Made by a program: the position numbers and the translations under genes. The notes under the pieces were generated by a model. The model worked only from the letters and a program-made list of their open reading frames with translations. It had not been told where the DNA came from and did no database searches. Shown here piece after piece: positions 26,907 to 35,945 of a stretch of 64,000 nucleotides of DNA. The DNA comes from an uncultured Prevotellaceae bacterium (GTDB taxonomy: Bacteria; Bacteroidota; Bacteroidia; Bacteroidales; Bacteroidaceae): the NCBI GenBank assembly GCA_946415365.1, contig CAMKSE010000007.1, positions 13,566 to 77,565 of the forward strand, written 5' to 3'. Position 1 is the first letter of the stretch. Every line of letters begins with the position of its first letter.

Positions 26907-27974
26907 ATGGCAAGGACAAACAATCATCTGGTTATCATGGCAGGCGGCGTAGGAAGCCGTTTCTGGCCTATGAGTACATCCGAAAAGCCTAAGCAGTTCA
27001 TCGATGTACTTGGTGTAGGCAAAACACTGTTGCAACTGACTGTTGAGAGATTCGGCAATCTGGTTCGCCCGGAGAATATCTGGGTAGTGACAAACCAGAA
27101 ATATGCCGACATCGTCAAGGAACAGTTGCCCGATATGCCTGAAAGCAATATTCTTTGCGAACCATGCAGGAGAAATACCGCCCCATGTATCGCATACGTC
27201 AGTTGGCGCATCAAATCTACTGATCCCAAGGCCAATGTGGTAGTTACGCCAAGCGACCATATTGTTGTGGACAAAGCAGAGTTCCAGCGTGTTATCAAGG
27301 AATGCATGGTCTTTACCAGCGAGACAGATGCCATCGTGACCCTCGGCATGAAGCCAAACCGTCCGGAAACAGGATATGGATATATCCAGGCAGACCTTAG
27401 CAGCAGTTCCCTTCGGAACAAAGAGATTTTCCGTGTGGACTCCTTCCGTGAGAAGCCCGACTACCAGACAGCCCAAGAGTATATCAAGAAAAACTACTTC
27501 TTCTGGAATGCCGGAATATTCATCTGGAACGTCAACACAATAGTCAATGCCTTCCGCGTATACCAGCCGGGTATGGCCAAGATCTTCGAGTCGTTACTCC
27601 CCATCTATGGCACATCCAAAGAACAGGAAGAGATCAACCGTCTTTTCCCTGAGTGCGAAAACATCTCCGTAGACTATGCCATCATGGAGAAGGCCGAGGA
27701 GATTTTCGTGTGTCCCGCCGACTTCGGATGGAGTGACCTTGGCACCTGGGGATCGCTGCACGAGCAGAGCAAGAAAGATCTCTATGGTAACGTATGTATT
27801 GGCAATGACATCAATATCTTCGAAAGTCATAACTGCATCGTTCATACCACACAAGAGAAAAAGGTTGTCATTCAAGGACTCGATGGCTACATCGTTGCAG
27901 AAAAAGACAATACACTGCTCATCTGCAAACTCTCGGAGGAACAGCGTATCAAACAATTCTCAGGAAACGAATAA
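26907..27974 (+). CDS. manC: Mannose-1-phosphate guanylyltransferase
   Basis: VIMAGGVGSRFWPMS nucleotidyltransferase motif. Adjacent to gmd and fcl. Confidence 0.88.
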   Translation: MARTNNHLVIMAGGVGSRFWPMSTSEKPKQFIDVLGVGKTLLQLTVERFGNLVRPENIWVVTNQKYADIVKEQLPDMPESNILCEPCRRNTAPCIAYVSWRIKSTDPKANVVVTPSDHIVVDKAEFQRVIKECMVFTSETDAIVTLGMKPNRPETGYGYIQADLSSSSLRNKEIFRVDSFREKPDYQTAQEYIKKNYFFWNAGIFIWNVNTIVNAFRVYQPGMAKIFESLLPIYGTSKEQEEINRLFPECENISVDYAIMEKAEEIFVCPADFGWSDLGTWGSLHEQSKKDLYGNVCIGNDINIFESHNCIVHTTQEKKVVIQGLDGYIVAEKDNTLLICKLSEEQRIKQFSGNE

Positions 27975-27983
27975 TTTCTAAAT

Positions 27984-29078
27984 ATGAATAAAAAAGTTGC
28001 TCTTATTACAGGTATCACAGGTCAGGATGGCTCATACCTGGCAGAATTCTTAATTGAAAAAGGTTATGAAGTACACGGCACTATCCGCCGTTCGTCCGTA
28101 GACTTCCGTGAACGCATTGCACATTTGGAAGGCAAACCTAATTTTCATCTTCATTATGCTGACTTAGGTGACTCGATGAGTATTCTCGGCGTCATCGGGA
28201 AGGTAAAGCCCACAGAAATTTATAATCTGGCAGCACAGAGTCATGTACAAGTGAGTTTTGACTCGCCTGAGTTTACAGCCGATGTTGACGCTGTAGGCGT
28301 GCTTCGCATATTGGAAGCCGTACGCCAGCTTGGGCTCACAGAACATTGTCGTATCTACCAGGCCTCTACATCCGAACTCTACGGAAAAGTTGAGGAAGTG
28401 CCACAAAACGAGAACACCCCGTTCCACCCCTACTCTCCTTATGCCGTAGCCAAGCAATATGGATTCTGGATTGTGAAGGAATACCGTGAGGCCTATAATA
28501 TGTATTGCTGCTCGGGCATCTTGTTCAATCATGAGAGTGAGCGTCGCGGTGAGACTTTCGTCACACGCAAAATCACACTTGCCGCTGCACGCATCAAACA
28601 GGGCAAACAGGAAAAGCTCTATCTGGGAAATCTTGGAAGCCTGCGTGATTGGGGATATGCCAAGGACTATGTAGAGTGTATGTGGCTTATCCTACAACAG
28701 CCCCAACCTGAAGACTTTGTCATAGCCACAGGTGTGCAACACTCTGTACGAGACTTCTGCCACCATGCCTTCAAACATGTTGGAATAGACCTGGAATTTG
28801 TCGGCGAAGGTGTCGATGAGAAAGGTATTGACAAGGCCACGGGCAAAGTACTCATTGAGGTCAGTCCCGACTTCTACCGTCCCACTGACGTTGTCAACCT
28901 GTGGGGTGACCCCACTAAGGCAAAAGCCAAACTAGGCTGGGATCCCAACAAGACCTCATTCGAGGAACTTGTAAAGATTATGGTTGACAGTGATATGGCC
29001 AAGGTGGCTGCAGAAGGCGCTGCCGCCAAAGTACGCACCAATCTAGCAGAGTATTTGGAAAAAGGTATCGTGAAATAA
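27984..29078 (+). CDS. gmd: GDP-mannose 4,6-dehydratase
   Basis: [21 protein letters not shown] and [10 protein letters not shown] motifs. Confidence 0.96.
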   Translation: MNKKVALITGITGQDGSYLAEFLIEKGYEVHGTIRRSSVDFRERIAHLEGKPNFHLHYADLGDSMSILGVIGKVKPTEIYNLAAQSHVQVSFDSPEFTADVDAVGVLRILEAVRQLGLTEHCRIYQASTSELYGKVEEVPQNENTPFHPYSPYAVAKQYGFWIVKEYREAYNMYCCSGILFNHESERRGETFVTRKITLAAARIKQGKQEKLYLGNLGSLRDWGYAKDYVECMWLILQQPQPEDFVIATGVQHSVRDFCHHAFKHVGIDLEFVGEGVDEKGIDKATGKVLIEVSPDFYRPTDVVNLWGDPTKAKAKLGWDPNKTSFEELVKIMVDSDMAKVAAEGAAAKVRTNLAEYLEKGIVK

Positions 29079-29081
29079 ACT

Positions 29082-30251
29082 ATGTTGGACAAAAACAGTA
29101 AGATATATGTAGCGGGACACCACGGCCTTGTGGGTTCCGCTATTTGGAATAACCTCCTGCAAAGAGGTTATACCAACCTGATAGGACGCAGCCACAAAGA
29201 ACTCGACCTGACTGATCAGGTGGCCGTTAAGAAGTTCTTTGATGAAGAACGTCCTGATGCAGTGGTTTTAGCAGCAGCCTTCGTCGGTGGCATTATGGCT
29301 AACTCGCTTTATCGCGCTGACTTCATCATGATGAACATGAAGATTCAGTGCAACGTCATCTCGGAGGCGTATGCCCATGGTGTGAAAAAACTGCTTTTCC
29401 TAGGAAGCACATGCATTTATCCGAAGAACGCTCCCCAGCCCATGAAGGAGGATTGTCTGCTGACATCACCGCTGGAATACACCAACGAGGAATATGCCAT
29501 TGCGAAGATTGCTGGACTGAAGATGTGTGAGTCGTACAACCTTCAATACGGCACAAACTATATTGCCGTCATGCCAACGAACCTCTATGGTCCTAACGAC
29601 AATTTCCATCTTGAGAACAGCCACGTGATGCCGGCTATGATGCGAAAGGTTTATCTGGCAAAGCTTATTCACGATGGTGCCTGGGACAAAATCGCCATCG
29701 ACTTGGACAAACGTCCGGTAGAAGGTGTCAATGGTTCAGCTTCTCGTGATGAGGTTATAGCAATATTACGAAAATATGACATCGAAGACAATAAGGTGAC
29801 CCTTTGGGGAACAGGAACGCCTTTGAGAGAATTTCTTTGGAGCGAGGATATGGCAGACGCCAGTGTCCACGTGCTATTGAACGTAAACTTCAGCGACATC
29901 ATTGGAATAGAGAAATACTCCTCCGTACATTATGGTGCAAGCACAGATGGAGCAGTAGACCGCAATCACTCAGCAGGTCGTGGCGGAGCCATCCCCAAGT
30001 TAGGTGAGATCCGAAACTGCCACATTAATGTTGGTACAGGCAAAGAACTCACTATCCGTGAACTCTCTGAACTCGTAGTCAAGGCCGTAGGTTTTGAGGG
30101 GACTGTTGAGTTTGATACCAGCAAGCCCGATGGCACGATGCGAAAACTCATTGATGTATCGAAGCTCCACTCCCTCGGTTGGACGCACAAGGTCGAGATA
30201 GAAGACGGCGTTCAAAGACTCTTTGAATGGTATCAGAAAAGTCTTCAATAG
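29082..30251 (+). CDS. fcl: GDP-L-fucose synthase
   Basis: VAGHHGLVGSAI, YAIAK and PTNLYGPNDNF motifs. Longer than the E. coli enzyme because of internal insertions. Confidence 0.92.
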   Translation: MLDKNSKIYVAGHHGLVGSAIWNNLLQRGYTNLIGRSHKELDLTDQVAVKKFFDEERPDAVVLAAAFVGGIMANSLYRADFIMMNMKIQCNVISEAYAHGVKKLLFLGSTCIYPKNAPQPMKEDCLLTSPLEYTNEEYAIAKIAGLKMCESYNLQYGTNYIAVMPTNLYGPNDNFHLENSHVMPAMMRKVYLAKLIHDGAWDKIAIDLDKRPVEGVNGSASRDEVIAILRKYDIEDNKVTLWGTGTPLREFLWSEDMADASVHVLLNVNFSDIIGIEKYSSVHYGASTDGAVDRNHSAGRGGAIPKLGEIRNCHINVGTGKELTIRELSELVVKAVGFEGTVEFDTSKPDGTMRKLIDVSKLHSLGWTHKVEIEDGVQRLFEWYQKSLQ

Positions 30252-30255
30252 ACAT

Positions 30256-30286
30256 AAAAAAAGCCCGCCAATGAGCGGGCCTTTTT
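30256..30286. terminator. Bidirectional intrinsic terminator between fcl and xylA
   Basis: A7 - gcccgc caatga gcgggc - cT5. Confidence 0.7.
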
Positions 30287-30303
30287 ATGATGACGATTTT
30301 TAT

Positions 30304-31623
30304 TTACTTAGCATAAAGTGCGACGATTGTCTCGTACTTCTCCTGCTTGCCGGAAGTCTGCTTCGGCTCCTCAACCTTCTTTCCGTACTCGTAAACCTGC
30401 TCGAGAGTCAGTTTGCCATCCTCGAAGTCCTTACCGATGCCGCTATCGAAGCTGGCATAGCGAGCCTTCTTCATGGCGGGCAGTTCGGAGTTCTCCAGGA
30501 TATCGGCTGCGTTCATCAGAGCACGGGCCATAGCATCCATACCACTGATGTGAGCGATAAACAGATCCTCAAGGTCGGTACTGTTACGACGGATCTTAGC
30601 GTCGAAGTTGGTACCACCATTGCCAAGACCACCATTGCGGATAATCTCCATCATGGCCTGAGTCAGCTCGAAGTTGTCGATGGGGAACTGGTCGGTATCC
30701 CATCCGTTCTGAGCGTCACCACGGTTAGCGTCGATAGAGCCCAGCATACCAGCGTCAACAGCACAAGCCAGTTCATGCTCGAAGGTGTGACCAGCCAGTG
30801 TAGCGTGGTTCACTTCAATGTTCACCTTAAAGTCCTTATCCAAACCATGAGCTTTCAGGAAACCGATAACGGTCTCAGTGTCCACATCATACTGGTGCTT
30901 GGAAGGCTCCATGGGCTTCGGCTCAATCAGGAACGTGCCCTTGAACCCCTTGCTGCGGGCATAGTCACGAGCCATAGTCAGCATGGTAGCCATATGCTCC
31001 TTCTCACGCTTCTGGTCTGTGTTCAGAAGGCTCATATAACCCTCACGGCCACCCCAGAACACATAGTTGGTACCACCGAGCTTAATGGTAGCATCAATAG
31101 AGTTCTTGATCTGAACGATAGCACGAGCGACTACGTCAAAGTCAGGGTTGGTGGAAGCACCGTTGGCATAACGCTTGTTGCCGAATACATTAGCGGTACC
31201 CCAAAGCAACTTGATGTTAGGGAACTGCTTCATCTTCTCCTGAGCATAGTCTGTGATAGCCTTCATGCGCTCCTCGTACTCCGCGATTGTCGGAGCCTCC
31301 TCAACGAGGTCCACATCGTGGAAGCAAAAGTACTCAATACCCAGCTTATCCATAATCTCGAAGCCGGCATCCATCTTATCTTTTGCACGCTGTACGGGAT
31401 CAGCAGCCTTGTCCCACTCATAACTGCGAGTCTGTCCTCCGAACTGGTCAGCACTTGCGCCACCCAGTGTGTGCCACCAAGCCATTGCGAACTTCAGCCA
31501 ATCTTTCATCTTCTTTCCCATCACGACCTTCTCTGGCTCGTAGTAGTGGAAAGCCATTACATTCTTACTGTCTTTTCCTTCGAAAGGAATTTTGCCCGTA
31601 AAGGCGAAATACTCTTTTGCCAT
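30304..31623 (-). CDS. xylA: Xylose isomerase
   Basis: MAKEYF...IPFEG N-terminus, FCFHD and WGGREG motifs, 439 aa. Confidence 0.96.
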   Translation of the reverse strand: MAKEYFAFTGKIPFEGKDSKNVMAFHYYEPEKVVMGKKMKDWLKFAMAWWHTLGGASADQFGGQTRSYEWDKAADPVQRAKDKMDAGFEIMDKLGIEYFCFHDVDLVEEAPTIAEYEERMKAITDYAQEKMKQFPNIKLLWGTANVFGNKRYANGASTNPDFDVVARAIVQIKNSIDATIKLGGTNYVFWGGREGYMSLLNTDQKREKEHMATMLTMARDYARSKGFKGTFLIEPKPMEPSKHQYDVDTETVIGFLKAHGLDKDFKVNIEVNHATLAGHTFEHELACAVDAGMLGSIDANRGDAQNGWDTDQFPIDNFELTQAMMEIIRNGGLGNGGTNFDAKIRRNSTDLEDLFIAHISGMDAMARALMNAADILENSELPAMKKARYASFDSGIGKDFEDGKLTLEQVYEYGKKVEEPKQTSGKQEKYETIVALYAK

Positions 31624-31650
31624 AATTTGTTAGTTTTTATGATTATAAGT

Positions 31651-33141
31651 TTACAAATTCTTCTTCAAAGTCTCCTTCCACTGGGCGTATGCAGCTGCAT
31701 AGGCAGCACGGTCAGCCTCCTTGGGTTCTATCACCTGCAGCTTGTCAAGCGTTGCGAAGGCCTCGTCGGCATTGGCATAGATACCAGCTCCGATACCAGC
31801 ACCCTTAGCAGCACCTACAGAACCGTCGGTGTCGTAAAGCTCTATGGTAGCACCGCTCACACCAGCCAAAGTGTCGCGGAACAATGGACTCAAGAACATA
31901 TTGGCTTTACCTGCATGAATCTTCTTAATGTCCATGCCCATCTGCTGCATGATTTCCATGCCATAGCAGAACGAGAAGACGATACCTTCCTGTGCTGCAC
32001 GCACCAGATGAGCCTTGTTGTGCTTGTTGAAATTCAGACCGTTGATCGAACAGCCAATCTCTTTATTCTCCAAAACACGTTCAGCTCCATTTCCAAACGG
32101 GATGACAGTCACACCTTCACTGCCGATGGGTACTGTAGCAGCCAGGTCATTCATTTCTGCATATCCAATCTCTGGAGTGATATTACGATGCGTCCATGCA
32201 TTCAGGATACCAGTACCGTTGATGCAGAGCAGCACACCCAAACGCGTCTGGTCTGCACTATGGTTCACATGGGCAAACGTATTCACACGGCTTTGCTTGT
32301 CGTAGTTAACATCGCCAAGCACACCGTAGACGACACCAGAAGTACCTGCAGTAGCAGCTATCTCACCGGGATTCAACACATTGAGTGACAGGGCGTTATT
32401 AGGCTGGTCACCACCGCGATAGGTGATTGGAGTCCCGGCTTTTAATCCCATCTCCTCAGCAGCCTCAGCACTGACCACACTCTGCTCTGCAAATGTCGGC
32501 ACGATGTCAGCAATCAGAGAAGCGTCGAAGCCGTAATACGACATCAGGAAGTCAGCCACCTGATTGTTCTTGAAATCCCAGAACATACCCTCGCTCAAGC
32601 CGCTCACAGTAGTATTGGCCACACCAGAGAGTCGCATAGCGATATAGTCACCAGGCAACATGATCTTATAAATCTGGCTGTAGAGCTCCGGCTCATTCTC
32701 TTTCACCCATGCCAGTTTTGCGGCTGTGAAATTACCCGGAGAGTTCAGCAGATGGCTCAGGCACTGCTCAGCTCCCAAGTCCTTGAAAGCTTTCTCACCA
32801 TAAGGAACAGCACGAGAGTCACACCAGATAATCGACGGACGCAGAGCCTTCAGATCCTTATCGACACACACCAGACCATGCATCTGATACGAGATACCGA
32901 TAGCTTTAATCTCCTCTGCTGTCGCCCCGGAGTCGGCCATGATTTTCTTTAAGCTCAACTTCGCATTATTCCACCACATCTGTGGATCCTGTTCTGCCCA
33001 ACCAGCCTTCACAGCCATAATCGGTGCCTCCTTCTCAGGGAAGAATGCAGAGGCCACACACTTGCCATTATCGGCGTTCACAAGAGATGCCTTCACTGAT
33101 GAGCTACCGACATCAAAACCTAAAAGATATCTGTTTGCCAT
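31651..33141 (-). CDS. xylB: Xylulokinase (FGGY family)
   Basis: ORF 31651..33183. Start MANRYLLGFDVGSSSVKA. FGGY N- and C-terminal domains. Confidence 0.9.
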   Translation of the reverse strand: MANRYLLGFDVGSSSVKASLVNADNGKCVASAFFPEKEAPIMAVKAGWAEQDPQMWWNNAKLSLKKIMADSGATAEEIKAIGISYQMHGLVCVDKDLKALRPSIIWCDSRAVPYGEKAFKDLGAEQCLSHLLNSPGNFTAAKLAWVKENEPELYSQIYKIMLPGDYIAMRLSGVANTTVSGLSEGMFWDFKNNQVADFLMSYYGFDASLIADIVPTFAEQSVVSAEAAEEMGLKAGTPITYRGGDQPNNALSLNVLNPGEIAATAGTSGVVYGVLGDVNYDKQSRVNTFAHVNHSADQTRLGVLLCINGTGILNAWTHRNITPEIGYAEMNDLAATVPIGSEGVTVIPFGNGAERVLENKEIGCSINGLNFNKHNKAHLVRAAQEGIVFSFCYGMEIMQQMGMDIKKIHAGKANMFLSPLFRDTLAGVSGATIELYDTDGSVGAAKGAGIGAGIYANADEAFATLDKLQVIEPKEADRAAYAAAYAQWKETLKKNL

Positions 33142-33272
33142 AAAATGAATAATTATTTTATTTAAAATACGCTTTTGATGCAAATTTCCCCATTTTTTTT
33201 TATTTAAACAATTTTTTTTCGAAAAAAAGCATTTTTTTTACCATATTTTGTGTTCAATTAAAATATTTTGTT

Positions 33273-33280
33273 TACCTTTG
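33273..33280 (+). promoter_or_regulatory. -7 box (tacctttg) ahead of the receiver gene and glycan module A
   Basis: tttacctttgcac lies 42 nt upstream of the ATG at 33322. Confidence 0.45.
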
Positions 33281-33321
33281 CACGATAGAATCACATTATT
33301 ACGTAATAAAGCCATTCATAT

Positions 33322-33687
33322 ATGAAGAAAAAAATACTAATACTTGACGACAAAGAGACCATCGCTAAGGTGCTCTCCATCTATCTGATGAGCGACTATG
33401 ATGTGCAGTGGCTCCCGGATGGACTGCAGGGAGTGAAATGGCTCCAGGCAGGAAACACACCCGATCTTATCATCTCTGATATTCGTATGCCCGGCATGCG
33501 TGGTGACGATTTCTTGGAGTGGATCAAGCAAAACGAATTGTTTAAGCACATTCCCGTCATCATGTTGTCCAGTGAAGACTCCACCAGTGAGCGTATTCGC
33601 TTGTTGGAAATAGGTGCAGAGGACTATATTGTCAAGCCGTTCAACCCAATGGAGTTGAAAATCAGGGTTAAGAAGATTATACCATAA
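33322..33687 (+). CDS. Stand-alone response-regulator receiver (CheY-like) protein
   Basis: LILDD, phospho-acceptor context LIISDIRMPGM, MLSS and VKPF are all canonical REC positions. There is no output domain. Confidence 0.9.
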   Translation: MKKKILILDDKETIAKVLSIYLMSDYDVQWLPDGLQGVKWLQAGNTPDLIISDIRMPGMRGDDFLEWIKQNELFKHIPVIMLSSEDSTSERIRLLEIGAEDYIVKPFNPMELKIRVKKIIP

Positions 33688-33722
33688 TATATATAAGTAC
33701 ATATACATATTTTATTTTATAG

Positions 33723-34940
33723 ATGATAGGTATAGTTTATCTTGGTAGCAATCCAGAAACCCAGGAACGTCTGAAATACATTCCCGGAAGGTTGGTTCAG
33801 TTTACGACCAACTACAAGGATGCCGCCTCTGCCTGTGCCCCACATGTCCGTAATGAGCATGTCATCATGTTCTACGAGCAGACGGTTCAGGCAGAAGATA
33901 TCACGGCTATCACCTACATCAAAAAGAAGTGTAAGAATGTCTACATCATCCTGCTCACCAACCAGTTGACCTTGGATGACAGGAAGATGTACCAAAAGTG
34001 TGGCATCAACGACACGATTGACGCTAAGTCTTCTATCACTGAGATGAACAAGAAGATTCAGTTTATCTCTGACCGTGAGATGATGCTGTTCGACGATGCT
34101 CCCTCTAAGCACCGTATATTGCGTTTCAAGATTCCCCTTTGGAAACGTTTATTCGACATTTTCTTCTCGCTTTTGGCAATTATCATTCTTTCACCCGTCT
34201 TTATCATCACAGCTATTGCCATTCGTCTGGAGAGTAAAGGGCCTGTTATCTTTAAGTCCAAGCGTGTCGGTACCAACTACACCGTTTTCAACTTCCTGAA
34301 GTTCCGTTCCATGTATGCAGATGCAGAGCAACGCTTGAAGGAAGTGGCAAAGGAAGCTGGTAATCAGTATGCGGAGAAAGACCAACCTGAGGAAGGCAAG
34401 GACAATCAGAGTGTTATCACAGCTCCACTTGGCGATGAGGCAGAAATGCTGATGATGGATATGGGTATGGAATCCGCCATGATGATCAGCGACGATGAGG
34501 TGATGCTTGTCGGCGATGATTTTGTGGTGGCCGAATCCGACTTCAATAGGGAGAAGGAAGAGGAGAACAATAATGCCTTCGTCAAGATTGAGAACGACCC
34601 GCGTGTAACTAAAGTGGGTAAGTTTATACGTAAATACAGCATTGATGAGTTACCACAACTCTTCAACATATTAAGAGGCGACATGTCCATTGTTGGCAAT
34701 CGCCCGTTGCCTCTCTATGAGGCCGAGAAACTCACCATAGACTCTAGCATCGACCGCTTCATGGCTCCAGCCGGACTTACTGGCCTTTGGCAGGTAGAGG
34801 AGCGAGGTAAAGGAGGCCTGATGTCAGCAGAGGAGCGAAAGCAACTCGACATCACCTATGGACAGACCTACTGCTTCACACTAGATATGAAGATCATATT
34901 CCGTACCCTCACGGCATTCGTCCAAAAAGAAAACGTATAA
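33723..34940 (+). CDS. Phosphoglycosyl transferase (bacterial sugar transferase family) with N-terminal pseudo-receiver domain
   Basis: The C-terminal block NDPRVTKVGKFIRKYSIDELPQLFNILRGDMSIVGNRP is typical of PF02397. One TM helix (LFDIFFSLLAIIILSPVFIITAIAI). The N-terminal ~120 aa show a beta-alpha pattern like REC but lack the acidic pocket. Confidence 0.88.
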   Translation: MIGIVYLGSNPETQERLKYIPGRLVQFTTNYKDAASACAPHVRNEHVIMFYEQTVQAEDITAITYIKKKCKNVYIILLTNQLTLDDRKMYQKCGINDTIDAKSSITEMNKKIQFISDREMMLFDDAPSKHRILRFKIPLWKRLFDIFFSLLAIIILSPVFIITAIAIRLESKGPVIFKSKRVGTNYTVFNFLKFRSMYADAEQRLKEVAKEAGNQYAEKDQPEEGKDNQSVITAPLGDEAEMLMMDMGMESAMMISDDEVMLVGDDFVVAESDFNREKEEENNNAFVKIENDPRVTKVGKFIRKYSIDELPQLFNILRGDMSIVGNRPLPLYEAEKLTIDSSIDRFMAPAGLTGLWQVEERGKGGLMSAEERKQLDITYGQTYCFTLDMKIIFRTLTAFVQKENV

Positions 34941-34968
34941 AACAAATAACACCATAATCCATATCGCA

Positions 34969-35925
34969 ATGAACAAGTTTAAGCGACTATTTTTAATTGT
35001 AGCAGTCACCGGAATTGGCACCTCCGCCTTCGCCCAGTTCGACGAGAGCGGTATTGCGGCCGGTTTCTTCGACTCCAGTAAGGACAAGGACATTAATTTC
35101 TCTGAGTTTCATCTGCCGCCATTGGCAGTTTTGTTAGAAAATGCCAAGGCGAATCCCCAGATTCTGTCTTTAGAGAAAGCCAGACAAATAGCTGAGGCAG
35201 AAGTGGCAAAAACAAAACGAAGTATCTTCGGCCATCTTTCAGGACATGCAAGTTACAGTTATGGTAAAGGAGACATGTGGGGAAACAATTCATCTACAGT
35301 GACGAGCTATATGATGTTACAGTATCAAGGTACGGAAACAGCTTATTGGAATGTGGGAGCCAATTTTTCAATCACCCTTGAAGACATCCTGGATTATGTA
35401 CCTTCTATTAAACGCTCAAGATTAGAAGCAGATCAAGCTGTCATTGCAAAGGATATCGCATTTGACCAACTCAAATTACAGATAGCGACGCTTTTTGTTA
35501 AGATTACAAACGACTTAGTGACTCTGAAAACCATGGGTGAAGCTGCTGCTGCCTATCAAGGAGCTGGTGCTTTAAATCGGGAAGAATTTGAGAATGGAAA
35601 TATGGAGATAGAGACATTTGCTCATACCAAATTATACGAAAGTGGACAGGTGCAAGGCTACCAACAGATGCAAACATCAATTACTACAGACATTCTCACA
35701 TTGGAAATATTAACCCACACGCCAATTATCACAAATTCAACAACAGAAATAACACTGGATACTCATGTGGTGAAGTCGGACAAGGAGATTGCAAAAGAGA
35801 ACAAGGCTGTAGAAAAGCGCATTAAAAAAGCGGTTGAGGAAGAGAATAAGAGAACTAAAGCTTTAGAAAAAGCAGAAAAAAAAGCAGAAAAAGCTGCTGC
35901 TAAAGCTGCTAAAAAACAGAAGTAA
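34969..35925 (+). CDS. Single-repeat TolC/OEP-like outer membrane protein with Lys/Ala/Glu-rich tail
   Basis: Signal peptide MNKFKRLFLIVAVTGIGTSAFAQ. One OEP-type repeat (LENAKANPQILSLEKARQIAEAEV ... YSYGK ... WNVGANFSITL ... long helices). Tail is KAEKKAEKAAAKAAKKQK. Confidence 0.6.
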   Translation: MNKFKRLFLIVAVTGIGTSAFAQFDESGIAAGFFDSSKDKDINFSEFHLPPLAVLLENAKANPQILSLEKARQIAEAEVAKTKRSIFGHLSGHASYSYGKGDMWGNNSSTVTSYMMLQYQGTETAYWNVGANFSITLEDILDYVPSIKRSRLEADQAVIAKDIAFDQLKLQIATLFVKITNDLVTLKTMGEAAAAYQGAGALNREEFENGNMEIETFAHTKLYESGQVQGYQQMQTSITTDILTLEILTHTPIITNSTTEITLDTHVVKSDKEIAKENKAVEKRIKKAVEEENKRTKALEKAEKKAEKAAAKAAKKQK

Positions 35926-35945
35926 AACGAAAAAACATTACCATT

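Noticed and set aside
29700-30010. Extra ~60-70 residues in Fcl relative to the E. coli enzyme
   Set aside because: As far as I recall, insertions at these positions are common in Bacteroidota Fcl proteins. All catalytic motifs are intact, so this is not treated as unusual.
30223-32388. 721-aa ORF on the plus strand spanning xylA and xylB
   Set aside because: It lies entirely antisense to two genes with unmistakable xylose isomerase and xylulokinase sequences. Its translation is low-complexity (rich in Leu/Val/Ser/Thr/His) with no recognisable motif. It is a typical shadow ORF of a codon-biased region.
33184-33321. Invertible promoter or UpxY/UpxZ-type control typical of Bacteroides capsule loci
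   Set aside because: I found no flanking inverted repeats bracketing the -7 box, no recombinase gene and no NusG-like UpxY gene. The locus starts with a receiver gene instead.
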